DNA of 64,000 nucleotides from Planctomycetota bacterium (GCA_965223505.1 CBDCWP010000004.1:15309-79308); one strand, 5' to 3'; shown: positions 29,107 through 38,898, counted from the first letter of the stretch. Numbers and translations are program-made. Notes: a model not told the origin generated them from the sequence alone.

Positions 29107-30539
29107 CAGTCCTGCCCTCCGACGGTGAGCTGCTTGACGAGCACGGACGGGATGCCCTGGCTCACCGGAACCCCCTGGCCGTCCTTGCCGCAGGTCCAGC
29201 CACCCGAGTCGAGCTTGGCGTCGTTCGCGGCCATGGTGATGTCGCGCAGGGCATCGGGGCCGTTGCCGATGATGTTCACGTTGGCGATGGGGGAGGTGAT
29301 CTTGCCGTCCTCGATCAGCCAACCGTTCTTCACGAAGAAGGTGAAGTCGCCGGCGCCGATCTGCACCTGTCCGTTCGTGAACGTCTCGGCGACGATGCCT
29401 CGGTCGACCGACGCGATGATCTCGTCGTAGCTGTGGGGCCCGTTCTCCATGAACGTGCAGCGCATGCGCGGCATGGGGACGTGACGGAAGCTCTCGCGGC
29501 GCCCGGAGCCGGTCGGCTCGATGCCGTATTGCTTGGCGCTGATGCGGTCGTGCATGTAGCTGCGCAGGACGCCGTCCTCGATGAGAACCGTGCGCTCGAC
29601 CGCGTTGCCTTCGTCGTCGACGTTGATCGAGCCGCGCTCGTGTTCGAGCGTGCCGTCGTCGACCACGGTCACGAAGTCGGGCGCGACCTTCTGGTCCATC
29701 ATGGTCGAGTAGATCGATACGTTCTTGCGGTTGAAGTCGGCTTCGAGCCCGTGGCCGATGGCTTCGTGCAGCAGGATGCCGGATGCGCCGGCGGCCAGCA
29801 CGACGGGCATCTCACCCGCGGGCGGCTTGCGCGCGTCGAACAGGATCATCGTGCGCTTGACCGCGTCCTCGACCAGATCGCGCAGCCGCTCGTCGGTGAA
29901 CCACTCGATGCCGTCGCGGCGAACCAGGCTGGCCATGCCGGTCTGGCGTTCGTCGTTCTTCGTCGCATTGACGACGCAGTGCAGGCCCGCCATGGGGCGA
30001 CGATCGGTGAAGATCGCGCCCTCGCTCGTGGCGATGAGCACGCGGTCGTCGCTGTCGAACCAACCCGTCGAGACCTTGTCGACGGCGGGCTCGAGCGCGC
30101 GTGCCAGCTCGTCGATCCGGCGCAACAGCGGCAGCTTCTCCTCGACCGCGACGTCTTCGACGTTGCGCTGGACGGCGTAGTAGTCCGGCAGGCTGCGCAC
30201 CTCGATCGCCTGCGGGGCGACCTTGGCGTTGCCGGCGGCGATGGAGGCCGCGGTGCGCGCCGCGCGGCATAGCGCCTCGACGTCGAGGTCTTCGCTGTAG
30301 GCGTAGCCGGTTTGGTCGCCGATGACGACGCGGACGCCGGCGCCCTGGTCGACGCTCGAGGAGCCGCGGCTGACGATGCCGTCCTCCATGCCGATCGACG
30401 TCGAGTGTTGGTGCTGGAAGTAGACGTCGGCGAAGTCGGCGCCGCGCTCCATGGCGGCGGCGAGGACGCGGCGAAGGAGCGGTTCGTCGATGCCGAACCA
30501 GGTGGCGAACGGGTTGTCTGTCAGTGCGGCGGTCGTCAT
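29106..30539 (-). CDS. tldD: TldD metalloprotease
   Basis: HEAIGHGLEADFNRK, DDEG, PMPRMRCT, CGKDGQGVPV. Confidence 0.93.
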   Translation of the reverse strand: MTTAALTDNPFATWFGIDEPLLRRVLAAAMERGADFADVYFQHQHSTSIGMEDGIVSRGSSSVDQGAGVRVVIGDQTGYAYSEDLDVEALCRAARTAASIAAGNAKVAPQAIEVRSLPDYYAVQRNVEDVAVEEKLPLLRRIDELARALEPAVDKVSTGWFDSDDRVLIATSEGAIFTDRRPMAGLHCVVNATKNDERQTGMASLVRRDGIEWFTDERLRDLVEDAVKRTMILFDARKPPAGEMPVVLAAGASGILLHEAIGHGLEADFNRKNVSIYSTMMDQKVAPDFVTVVDDGTLEHERGSINVDDEGNAVERTVLIEDGVLRSYMHDRISAKQYGIEPTGSGRRESFRHVPMPRMRCTFMENGPHSYDEIIASVDRGIVAETFTNGQVQIGAGDFTFFVKNGWLIEDGKITSPIANVNIIGNGPDALRDITMAANDAKLDSGGWTCGKDGQGVPVSQGIPSVLVKQLTVGGQD

Positions 30540-30608
30540 GGGGAGCAGAGTCTGACAGGGGCTGCGGAGGCTGCCGAACATTCCCGGAAGGCGCCGCGCC
30601 TGATCCCG

Positions 30609-32057
30609 TCAGGTTCGCGCGCCCTGCGGCAGCTCACGGACGTATCGTCGGTAGGTCGCCAGCCAGCGCTCGGGATGGCGCAAGGGATGCACGTATTCGA
30701 GCAGCGCGCCCGGCAGGTCGAACGCCAGGCGGTCCGGAATCGCGTTCCACACACGACAGCGACCGAAGGTCAGTGTCGCCGACGACACCTCGCATCGGAG
30801 GAACGCGAGAAGATCGCGCGCCCAACACTCGAACACGGCGACGTAGTCGCTGACGGGATCGCCCGAGTCCACGGCGACGAACGTAGAGCGCTGCGGTTCG
30901 TACGCGTATACGAATGCGCCGTCGTCCTCCCCGTCGCGCAGCGCCAGGGCGAAGGTCGGGCGCGTCTGCGCGTCGTCCAGCGCCCCGAGCGAGTACAGGT
31001 CCTTGAAGAGGTCCCTTCCATACAGGTGCGCCGCCAACGAGCGCAGCTCGACGTCGAGGGCGTCGAGCTCCTCGTCCGAGAGCGACGCCTGCGAGGTCGC
31101 CGCGTCGTAGTCTTCGAGCCACTCGACGTCGCCGACGAACGTCCGCGCGGGCCACTCGTCCTCGGGCGAAGCGGACAGGAACGGTGTGCCGTGCGCCTGC
31201 TCGACCAACTCACCGTCTATCATCACATACGTGTCGCCGGGCCGAGGCCAACACACACGGTTCGCGGGCAGGAGCGGCTCGAGCGCGAGGGCGTGCGCGC
31301 GCCCGTCCGTCGTGAAGGCATTTCCGTTGAGCCAGGCCCGATCGCCCCCGAAGCAGAATCCGCCGCCGACGACGGCCCAGGCGGCCGGCATTCGGTGGTT
31401 CGCATCGAGCCACTCGCAGATCCCGATGGCGCTTTGCACGAACGTTGCGATCTCTTCCGGATGCGGTCCGCTCCAGCTCGTGAGGAAGTGCCACTCGCTC
31501 CAGTTGTTGGTCTGCCCCCAGACTCCGACGCGGTCGACGCGGGCACGGACCCGCTCGAGCATGTCTTGCGTCGCCGGCATGTCCACGCTGGTGAAGAAGC
31601 TGCCGTGCCCGGCCAGGTCACGTACCAGATACGGCAGGACGTCCCACTCTTCGATGATGGCGTCGCGGCGCTGATCGGCGGACATCGGCAGGAACTCGAG
31701 GCCGCCGACCGTCACGCCCTCGTCCGGGTTCAGCAGACGGACGCCGAATCCCATCTCCGCCAGGATCGTCCGCATGGCGACAGAGGAGCGCGACGACATG
31801 TAGATGGGCACCGAGCGGTCCAGGCAGTGGAGCGAGGCCAGGTCGAAGTGCCCTTCGTGTTCGTGCGTGAGCATGACCGCGTCGAGAGCCGGGAGCGCCG
31901 ATACGTCGACGCGGCGGGGCGGAAACACGCGCAGGCCGACCGCGGGCGTCAGTCCGAACGCGTCGTGCAAGAGGGGATCGACGAGGATCCGCGCATCAGC
32001 GGCCTCGAACAGCCAGCCGTGGTGGCCGAGCGCGGTCATGCGAAAGGCGTCGTTCAT
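30609..32057 (-). CDS. MBL-fold metalloprotein, paralogue 1 (putative RiPP tailoring enzyme)
   Basis: GHHGWLF, ILVDPLL, THEHEGH, FTSVD. C-terminal domain shared with paralogues 2 and 3. Confidence 0.8.
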   Translation of the reverse strand: MNDAFRMTALGHHGWLFEAADARILVDPLLHDAFGLTPAVGLRVFPPRRVDVSALPALDAVMLTHEHEGHFDLASLHCLDRSVPIYMSSRSSVAMRTILAEMGFGVRLLNPDEGVTVGGLEFLPMSADQRRDAIIEEWDVLPYLVRDLAGHGSFFTSVDMPATQDMLERVRARVDRVGVWGQTNNWSEWHFLTSWSGPHPEEIATFVQSAIGICEWLDANHRMPAAWAVVGGGFCFGGDRAWLNGNAFTTDGRAHALALEPLLPANRVCWPRPGDTYVMIDGELVEQAHGTPFLSASPEDEWPARTFVGDVEWLEDYDAATSQASLSDEELDALDVELRSLAAHLYGRDLFKDLYSLGALDDAQTRPTFALALRDGEDDGAFVYAYEPQRSTFVAVDSGDPVSDYVAVFECWARDLLAFLRCEVSSATLTFGRCRVWNAIPDRLAFDLPGALLEYVHPLRHPERWLATYRRYVRELPQGART

Positions 32058-34186
32058 GGCATCCGGGCTCGCAGGGTGTGAATCTCACCGAACACGGGCC
32101 TGAGATCCGGCGCCAATCCGAGCTGAAGCCGTCTCACCGCGCGCTCGAGGTGTGGCCCGCCGTCGGCGTCGAGCTCGGGCCACCGCAGACGCAGGGTGTT
32201 GATGCCCGATCGCACGGTCGTCGCCGGCGCCAGCACGGTCGCGCGGCTCCATTGCGCACCTGTGGTGATCCGGCCCACCTCCGTGCCGTTCAGCACGAGG
32301 GCCGACGTGCGATCGTCCTCGTCGTCGCGGGGGGCACGGAGCGTGAGCGCGAGCTCCACGGCGCGAGGCTCGACGACCAGAAAGTGGAACGTGGACTCCG
32401 GCGTCAGCGCGCGCTCGTAGGAACGCGACGTCGGATATGCGGCGAACGGCGACCCGCGGAAGTACCCGCGCGCGAGATCCTGCTCGCCGCGCTCGAGTCC
32501 GCGGGCGTCGGCCAGCAGCAGTTCGAGCCGCTCGCCGGCGCCCGGTCGCCGGCGCTCGAGGACGGCGATGACCGCGCGGACCACGGGCACGTCGAGCACG
32601 TCGTAGTCCTGCCAGCGCCAGATCCGCGCCGGCATACGGTACGGCGATTCGAACACGCGTTGCTGCGCCGACGAGAGCAGTGGGGGGGCGCAGGCCGCCT
32701 TTGCCGCGACGTAGTCCGCCAGCACCTCCTCGATGCCTTCCGAGCTGTCGAGTGCCTGCTCGATCCAGTACTCGGTGCCGGCGGCGCCGTCGGTCAGCGG
32801 ACGCTGAATGTGGGCGGTGTGCAGCGCGGCCAACATCGCGCCGCGGGCCTCGACCGTGTCCGCCGGACTCGGCGGCGGCGATGCACTCGCGACCGTTCGC
32901 CAGTCCAGCGCCTGGAAGCGAGCGGGATGGCTGACTGCCAACACCTCGGCCACGACCGCGGCCATCGCGACGTGCATGCCCTCGGGCGTCAGATGACAAT
33001 AGTCGAGGAACAACCTGCGACCGGGCAGCGGCGATGCGGCATGGTCTGCGAACACGGCCGGAAGGTCGACACACAACAGGTCGTGCGCTTGCGCCGCGTC
33101 ACGGATCGCTTGCCGGACCACCGGACTCGCACCGGGCGCCGATGCGCGTCCGAGCCAGCGCGACGCCTCGAGTCCGGCGAGCAGCGCGTCGCGCGCCGCC
33201 TCCGTCCGACCGATGCGAAGCAGTGTCGTACCGAGTGCCTGATGGGACGTGGCGCACGTTCCGTCGTCCAGGGCAAGCATCGCGCGGGCGGCGTTCTCCG
33301 CTGCCGCGAGATCGTCGTTCGCCAGCGCGTCGAGAACCTCTTGCTTGTGCGCGAGCCAGCGGCGATTCCGGTCGCCCGGCAACCACGACGGCGGGAGATC
33401 GTGCTCCCAATCCGTCAGGTTCGTCTCCGGCACGACCAACGCCATCGTGACTCCGGAGCGGTCCGCGATCGCGGCGAGCTCGGCGCACACGGCCTCCGCC
33501 TTCGACTTCAGGTGGTTCGTTGCGAGGCGCTGAAGGCCAGCCGGCCCTTCGGCGTCCAGCGCCGCCGCGTGTTCGTGCAGGAGCTCGAGCGAGAGGACGT
33601 CGGCGAACGCGGGCGCGTCCGGCGCCGCGGCGAGCCAGTTGTTGCCGGCGAACACGACGATCACGTCCGGAAGCAGCTGCAACGCGGTCCGCGAGACCTC
33701 CAGGACGCCCTCGTCCGTCTGATCGACCCGGCACAGGTCGATGACCTCGAACAGGTCCGCGCCCGCCGTTGCGTCCAGCTGGCCCTGCAGCACCTGCGCG
33801 GGCGTCAGATCCGGCGCGTACAAGAACCCCGCCGCCGTCGACTCGCCGACGAGGCAGACCCGAATCGGCAGGAACGCGTCTTTGGGTCGCAGCGTCTTGG
33901 TGAGCGCCCAGTCGTCCTCGAGCTCGAGAGGATCGGGGCGAACGAAGACCAGCTCGCCGTCGACCTCCTGGGGCTCCCAGATCCCGATGGCCTCCGGGCG
34001 GTCGGCGTCCGGATCGTCTTCGTCGGAGTACGGCTCGTCGAGCCCGGCCGGCTCGACGGCGCGCGGGACGCCGACCATGCCGGTCTGTTGCAGCAGACGC
34101 AGCGTGCGCAGTCCTTCCTCCGTTGCCAAGAGCTGCGCGAGCTCTTCGCAGGCGGCCAACGGAGGTTGTCGTCGGTCTCGGGACAT
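32054..34186 (-). CDS. SGNH/GDSL-type hydrolase with TPR-like insert
   Basis: Block I LVGESTAAG, block III VFAGNNW, block V FLDYCH. Helical TPR-like middle region. Start ATG 34186, 8 nt after the carbamoyltransferase stop. Confidence 0.72.
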   Translation of the reverse strand: MSRDRRQPPLAACEELAQLLATEEGLRTLRLLQQTGMVGVPRAVEPAGLDEPYSDEDDPDADRPEAIGIWEPQEVDGELVFVRPDPLELEDDWALTKTLRPKDAFLPIRVCLVGESTAAGFLYAPDLTPAQVLQGQLDATAGADLFEVIDLCRVDQTDEGVLEVSRTALQLLPDVIVVFAGNNWLAAAPDAPAFADVLSLELLHEHAAALDAEGPAGLQRLATNHLKSKAEAVCAELAAIADRSGVTMALVVPETNLTDWEHDLPPSWLPGDRNRRWLAHKQEVLDALANDDLAAAENAARAMLALDDGTCATSHQALGTTLLRIGRTEAARDALLAGLEASRWLGRASAPGASPVVRQAIRDAAQAHDLLCVDLPAVFADHAASPLPGRRLFLDYCHLTPEGMHVAMAAVVAEVLAVSHPARFQALDWRTVASASPPPSPADTVEARGAMLAALHTAHIQRPLTDGAAGTEYWIEQALDSSEGIEEVLADYVAAKAACAPPLLSSAQQRVFESPYRMPARIWRWQDYDVLDVPVVRAVIAVLERRRPGAGERLELLLADARGLERGEQDLARGYFRGSPFAAYPTSRSYERALTPESTFHFLVVEPRAVELALTLRAPRDDEDDRTSALVLNGTEVGRITTGAQWSRATVLAPATTVRSGINTLRLRWPELDADGGPHLERAVRRLQLGLAPDLRPVFGEIHTLRARMP

Positions 34187-34194
34187 GTCGCTCG

Positions 34195-35958
34195 TCAAAT
34201 GAAGGTGTAGACCGTCTCGCTGATTCGCCCGCGGCGGTCGGAAGCCCGTAGCCGGCGATGGTATTCCAGTGTGTGTGTCCACGACGAGGGCAGCATCTCC
34301 CGGTCGATGACGAAGTCCTCTAGGACCAGCGCGTCCAGGCGTGCGTCGACGGCGCACAGCAGGGCTTCGGCCGGCGTGCGCACGATCGGCTCGCCGCGGA
34401 CGTTGAACGACGTGTTCACCAACACGGGGCAGCCCGTCAGTTCTTCGAACGCCGAAAGCAGCGCGGCGAACCTGGGCGCGACCGATGGATCCACCGTCTG
34501 GGGGCGCGCCGATCCGTCGACGTGCGTGATCGCCGGCAGGTCGAGCTTCGAGTCGACCCGGCACGTCTCCAACATGAACGGAGACGGGTGATCGAGCGCG
34601 AAGTGTTCGGCGGTGCGATCGGCGAGCACCGCCGGCGCGAACGGCCGGAACCCCTCCCGTTTCTTGATCCGCTCGTTCAGGCGGCTCTGCATCTGCGGGT
34701 CGCGTGGGTCCGCGAGGATGCAGCGCGCGCCGAGCGCGCGGGGGCCGAACTCCATTCGGCCCTGGAACCAACCTACGACCTGTCCGGCCGCGAGTCGTCG
34801 CGCGACGTCGGCGACGAGCTGTCCTTCGTCGTGCCGGAACGCGGCTGCCTCGATCCCGACGCCCTCCAGCAGCCGCGCGACGTCGTCGCGCGCGAACGAC
34901 GGACCGAGGCAGACGTCCTCCAGTCGCCGAGTGTCCGGTCGATGCCCCGTGAGTCGCACATGCGCCAGCGCGGCGGCGCCGAGCGCGCCGCCCGCATCGC
35001 CCGCGGCCGGCTGGACGAACACGTTGCCGAACGGGCCCTCCCGCGCGATGCGACCGTTTGCGACGCAGTTGAGCGCCACGCCGCCGGCCATGCAGAGGTT
35101 GTCCGAGGCGACGAGCCCGGCGAGACGGGAGACGGCGTCGAGCAGGATGTCTTCGAGCACGACCTGCAGACTGCGAGCGATGTCCTTGTGTCGTTGGCGC
35201 AGTGGCTCGTCGGGCCGTCGTGCCGGCCCGCCGAGCAGGTCGCAGAGCGCGTCGGTGTACATGCGATCTGCGCGACGAAATTCGAAGTACGAGAGGTCGA
35301 GCGCGTAGTGTCCGGCGCCGTCCGGCGTGCTCAGCGCGCGAATCGCATCGACGCAGGTCGGTCGCCCGTAGGGAGCGAGTCCCATCACCTTGTACTCGCC
35401 ACTGTTGACAGCGAACCCGAGGTATCCGGTGATCGTGCTGTACAGCAGGCCCAGCGAGTGGGGGAAACGCACCTCGTCGAGCAACTCGATCTCGGCGCCC
35501 TGAGCGCGTCCGTAGGTCGTCGTCGCCCACTCGCCGACGCCGTCGACCGTCAGCACCGCCGCGTCGTCGAACCCGGAGAAGAAGTACGCGCTCGCCGCGT
35601 GCGACATGTGATGCTCGAAGGACTCGATCCGTCCCTCGTGGCCGAGGAGCTCGCGAATGTCCCGTTCCGGCCGTCCCGGGTCGATCCAGCGAAGATCCTG
35701 CGCTCCGCCGAGCGGACAGCCTGCCCAAATCTGTCTAGCCAGCTTGAGCGGCGGCGACTCGTAGTATGCGACACAGTCCACGTCGTCGATGTCGATCGCC
35801 CCCTCGTCCAGGCAGAATCGGAATGCATCCACGGGAAGCCGCCCGTCGTGCTTGATGCGCGAGAAGCGCTCCTGGGCGGCGGCGGCGACGAGCACGCCGT
35901 CCGAGATCAGGCAGCATGCGGACTCGTGGAAGTACATGGAGAGACCGATGATGTTCAC
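34195..35958 (-). CDS. carbamoyltransferase (NodU/CmcH/TobZ family)
   Basis: HESA, ERFSRIKH, EHHMSHAASA, DGVGE, EYKVMGLAPYG, AGGVALNC, EFGPRALG, KKREGFRPFAP, HVDGSARPQ, NTSFN. GTG start overlaps the upstream stop. Confidence 0.95.
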   Translation of the reverse strand: MNIIGLSMYFHESACCLISDGVLVAAAAQERFSRIKHDGRLPVDAFRFCLDEGAIDIDDVDCVAYYESPPLKLARQIWAGCPLGGAQDLRWIDPGRPERDIRELLGHEGRIESFEHHMSHAASAYFFSGFDDAAVLTVDGVGEWATTTYGRAQGAEIELLDEVRFPHSLGLLYSTITGYLGFAVNSGEYKVMGLAPYGRPTCVDAIRALSTPDGAGHYALDLSYFEFRRADRMYTDALCDLLGGPARRPDEPLRQRHKDIARSLQVVLEDILLDAVSRLAGLVASDNLCMAGGVALNCVANGRIAREGPFGNVFVQPAAGDAGGALGAAALAHVRLTGHRPDTRRLEDVCLGPSFARDDVARLLEGVGIEAAAFRHDEGQLVADVARRLAAGQVVGWFQGRMEFGPRALGARCILADPRDPQMQSRLNERIKKREGFRPFAPAVLADRTAEHFALDHPSPFMLETCRVDSKLDLPAITHVDGSARPQTVDPSVAPRFAALLSAFEELTGCPVLVNTSFNVRGEPIVRTPAEALLCAVDARLDALVLEDFVIDREMLPSSWTHTLEYHRRLRASDRRGRISETVYTFI

Positions 35959-37415
35959 GCCGACCTCCGCGGGCCGGGCAGACGCGGCCCGTCGTCGTGA
36001 AGCGCGGCGACGATCGAACGATAGCGCTCGCGATACGCATCCGGACGACGCAACGGATGCACGTACTCGAACAGCGGCTTGTTGAACTCGAACGCGAAGG
36101 CACGGGGATTCGCATTCCACATGCGCGAGCGTCCGAAGCAGAGCGCCGTCGTCGACATCCGGCAGGTCAACATGGCCAGGAGGTCCGTCGCCCAGCACTC
36201 GTAGACGGCGAGGAACTCCTTCGGCGGATCGGGTGACGCGACGCGCACGAACGAGCAATGCTCCGGTCGGTAGGCGAAGGCGAGCGGCTGCTCGCCGTCA
36301 CGAAGCGACAAGGCGAAGGTCGGGATCCGTCCCGCCGCGTCCGGCACGGACAGGCCGCAGATGGCGCGGTGAAGCGAACCACCGTGCAGGCTGCGCGCCA
36401 GCCCGGCCAACGCAGCTTCGAGCGCCGGGACGTGCGAACGCTCCAGCACCTCGCGACCGGAGGCCGGGCGGTAGTCCTCCAACCAAGCGACGTCGCCGCG
36501 ATGCTCCCGCGCCGGCCACGCGGCCCTCGGCGCGACGCGCACGAACGGCGAGCTCGGTCGGACCTCGGCGACCTCGCCGTTCTTCAGAATCAACGTTTCA
36601 CCGGGGACCGACGGGCGAACCGTGACGCCCGGGAGCTGCAGCGCCAGCGCGCGCGCGGCCTCGTCGTTGGTCCAGGGGAAGACCTCGTGATTGAGGAACG
36701 CTTGCTCCCCCCGGAAGCAGAAGCTCTCGCCGGTGACCAGCAGCTGCTCGGGCGCGGTCCACTCATGCGCCATCGCGGTGTGGTAGTCGACGATCGATCC
36801 CACGAAGCTGGACAGGCTGAAACGGTCCGGACGCGCCCACCGGGCCTGGAAGTGCCAGTCCGTGTTGTTGTTGGTGTACACCCAGAGCCCCGGTCGCTCG
36901 ACGAAGGAGCGTGCGCTGCGCCACATCGAAGGCGTCGGCGCCATGTCGATGTGCGTGAAGAGGTTGCCGTGTCCGTCGCGATCGCGAACCACGAACGGCA
37001 GCACGTCCCACTCCTCGACGATGCCGTTCTCCACCTGGTCCGCGGTCATCGGAAGCACGCTCAGATCCGCGCCGATCTCGACGGGACGTCCCGGTCTCGT
37101 GAGCCGAACGGAGAAGCCCATGTCGGTCAGAATCTCGCGCATCGCCGGGGACGAGCGGGACGGCATCAAGATCGGCGTGCTGCGATCCACCATGTCGATC
37201 GACGCGAGGTCGAAGTGGTCCTCGTGCTCGTGCGTGAGCAGCACGGCGTCAAGAGGCGGCGCAGCATCGAAGTCGAATCGCCGCGGCGGATGTACGGCGA
37301 GTCCTACGGCTTCGGTCGCGGCGAACGTGTCGCGCAGCAACGGGTCGACGAGCAGGGTGGAGGATGCCGTCGACACGACCCATCCGTTGTGTCCGACGTG
37401 GGTGACGGAAAACAT
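35955..37415 (-). CDS. MBL-fold metalloprotein, paralogue 2
   Basis: GHNGW, LLVDPLL, THEHEDH (intact HxHxDH), FTHID. Collinear with paralogue 1. Confidence 0.83.
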   Translation of the reverse strand: MFSVTHVGHNGWVVSTASSTLLVDPLLRDTFAATEAVGLAVHPPRRFDFDAAPPLDAVLLTHEHEDHFDLASIDMVDRSTPILMPSRSSPAMREILTDMGFSVRLTRPGRPVEIGADLSVLPMTADQVENGIVEEWDVLPFVVRDRDGHGNLFTHIDMAPTPSMWRSARSFVERPGLWVYTNNNTDWHFQARWARPDRFSLSSFVGSIVDYHTAMAHEWTAPEQLLVTGESFCFRGEQAFLNHEVFPWTNDEAARALALQLPGVTVRPSVPGETLILKNGEVAEVRPSSPFVRVAPRAAWPAREHRGDVAWLEDYRPASGREVLERSHVPALEAALAGLARSLHGGSLHRAICGLSVPDAAGRIPTFALSLRDGEQPLAFAYRPEHCSFVRVASPDPPKEFLAVYECWATDLLAMLTCRMSTTALCFGRSRMWNANPRAFAFEFNKPLFEYVHPLRRPDAYRERYRSIVAALHDDGPRLPGPRRSA

Positions 37416-37419
37416 GACG

Positions 37420-38625
37420 TCAAAGCGCCTTCCGATAGCGCTCGGCGAAACGCTCGGGGAACCGATGCGGGTGGATGTGTGCTTCCAAGGCGCTCGCGAG
37501 CTCGAATGTGAACCGTGGATGCGCGACGGAGGTGCTCTGCGAGCCGGTCCGCGTCAGCGTCTCCGGCAGGATCTCGGCACGCAACGTCATCAACAAGTCC
37601 GTTGCCCAGCACTCGAAAACGGCGACGTAGTCGTCGATCGTTCGACTGTCGTGAAGCAGCCGGAACGCGCATGCGTGCGGCGCGTACTCGAACACGTGCC
37701 CTTCGCGATCCGTACTTCGCAAGAAGAGTGCAACCGTTGGACGCTTGCCCGGATGCTCCTGGGGCGAGAGCGAGTAGAGCTCGCGAAACAAACGCTTGCC
37801 GTACAGGTGTCTTGCCAATGTGTTCAGCTCAGCGCGAAGCTCCGCGATCTCTCCGTCCGAGAGCGCGCCGCGTCCGCACAGCGGACCGTTCTCCAGCGTG
37901 TCTTCGATGGGTTCCCGGGCGTCCACATAGGCGTCATCGCTCTCGTGTTCGACGACCGTTCCACGGCGGACGCCGAAGCGCTGCCCCGGAGCCCACGCGC
38001 GCACGTCGTCTTGCGGCAGGAGCTGCGCGAGAACGCCGGCTTGTGCCTGCGCGCCCGTCGCCGGTCCATCGGCGATCAACAGGCCCGCCGGGCGTGCCCA
38101 CTGCCGGCTCATGCGCCGGTGCGCCCCGGCCAGCGCCAGGATGCCTTCATGCGCCGGCGCCGGGTACACCACCAACCCGGGGACGTCGAGTGCGGCGCTC
38201 GCCGCCGCGCACTCCACGGATGAGGGCGCTCCGTCGATCGGCATGAAGAGACTGCCCTCCGCGTCGGCGTCGCGAACGACGCACCCGAGCGCACCCCACG
38301 CTCGGCCGGCGTCGGCGATGTCCGCCACCGTGTCGACGCGCAGCGTTCCGATGTCCAGCGTCTCTCCACCGTGCACACGCTGCGTCGCGAAGCCCAGCTC
38401 CTCGATGACGACGACCATTGCGGTGGACGCATGCGCGGACACGTAGATCGGGACGCTGCGATCCAGCCCCGCGAGCGACGTAGGATCGAACGCTCGTTCG
38501 CGTGGCAGAAACACGGCGTCAGGCGCGTGTCCGCGGTCCACTCGGAACGCGTCACCGATGATCAGGTGCCCGCGACGCCCGCGCACCGACCAGGTGCGAC
38601 TGCCCAGGTACGTGGCCGTGAACAT
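37420..38625 (-). CDS. degenerate MBL-fold paralogue 3 (no metal-binding motif)
   Basis: Shares LDRSVPIY, VFECWATDLL and HPHRFPERF..RYR with paralogues 1 and 2. The THEHExH segment is absent. Confidence 0.72.
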   Translation of the reverse strand: MFTATYLGSRTWSVRGRRGHLIIGDAFRVDRGHAPDAVFLPRERAFDPTSLAGLDRSVPIYVSAHASTAMVVVIEELGFATQRVHGGETLDIGTLRVDTVADIADAGRAWGALGCVVRDADAEGSLFMPIDGAPSSVECAAASAALDVPGLVVYPAPAHEGILALAGAHRRMSRQWARPAGLLIADGPATGAQAQAGVLAQLLPQDDVRAWAPGQRFGVRRGTVVEHESDDAYVDAREPIEDTLENGPLCGRGALSDGEIAELRAELNTLARHLYGKRLFRELYSLSPQEHPGKRPTVALFLRSTDREGHVFEYAPHACAFRLLHDSRTIDDYVAVFECWATDLLMTLRAEILPETLTRTGSQSTSVAHPRFTFELASALEAHIHPHRFPERFAERYRKAL

Positions 38626-38655
38626 CGACGCCCCGTCCTTGCCGGCAAGACCTTG

Positions 38656-38898
38656 CTAGGAGGAGACGTTGTCGTTGGTGTTGCCGTTGTTGAGTCGGTT
38701 CTGCACGGCCCACAACGCGTTGACGGCAGGTGTGTTCTTCTGACCGATGGCCCAGAGGGCGTTCAGGGCCGTGTTGGTGCCCCCGATGGCGTTGCTGGCG
38801 CTGGGGTGTCGCATCCCCCCGCGCATCTCCCGCAACTCTTTCTTGGGGATCGTCCGGGTCTTGCCCGTCAACTGGACGCGCCGTGCTCGCTTCTTCAT
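38656..38898 (-). CDS. double-glycine RiPP precursor peptide A (80 aa)
   Basis: RBS GAGAGG. Leader ...IPKKELREMRGG followed by a 52-aa Asn-rich core with NALWA twice. Near a C39 ABC exporter. Confidence 0.8.
   Translation of the reverse strand: MKKRARRVQLTGKTRTIPKKELREMRGGMRHPSASNAIGGTNTALNALWAIGQKNTPAVNALWAVQNRLNNGNTNDNVSS

Noticed and set aside
32054..35728. Single 1224-aa protein
   Set aside because: The first 514 codons overlap the carbamoyltransferase in another frame. The credible gene starts at 34186.
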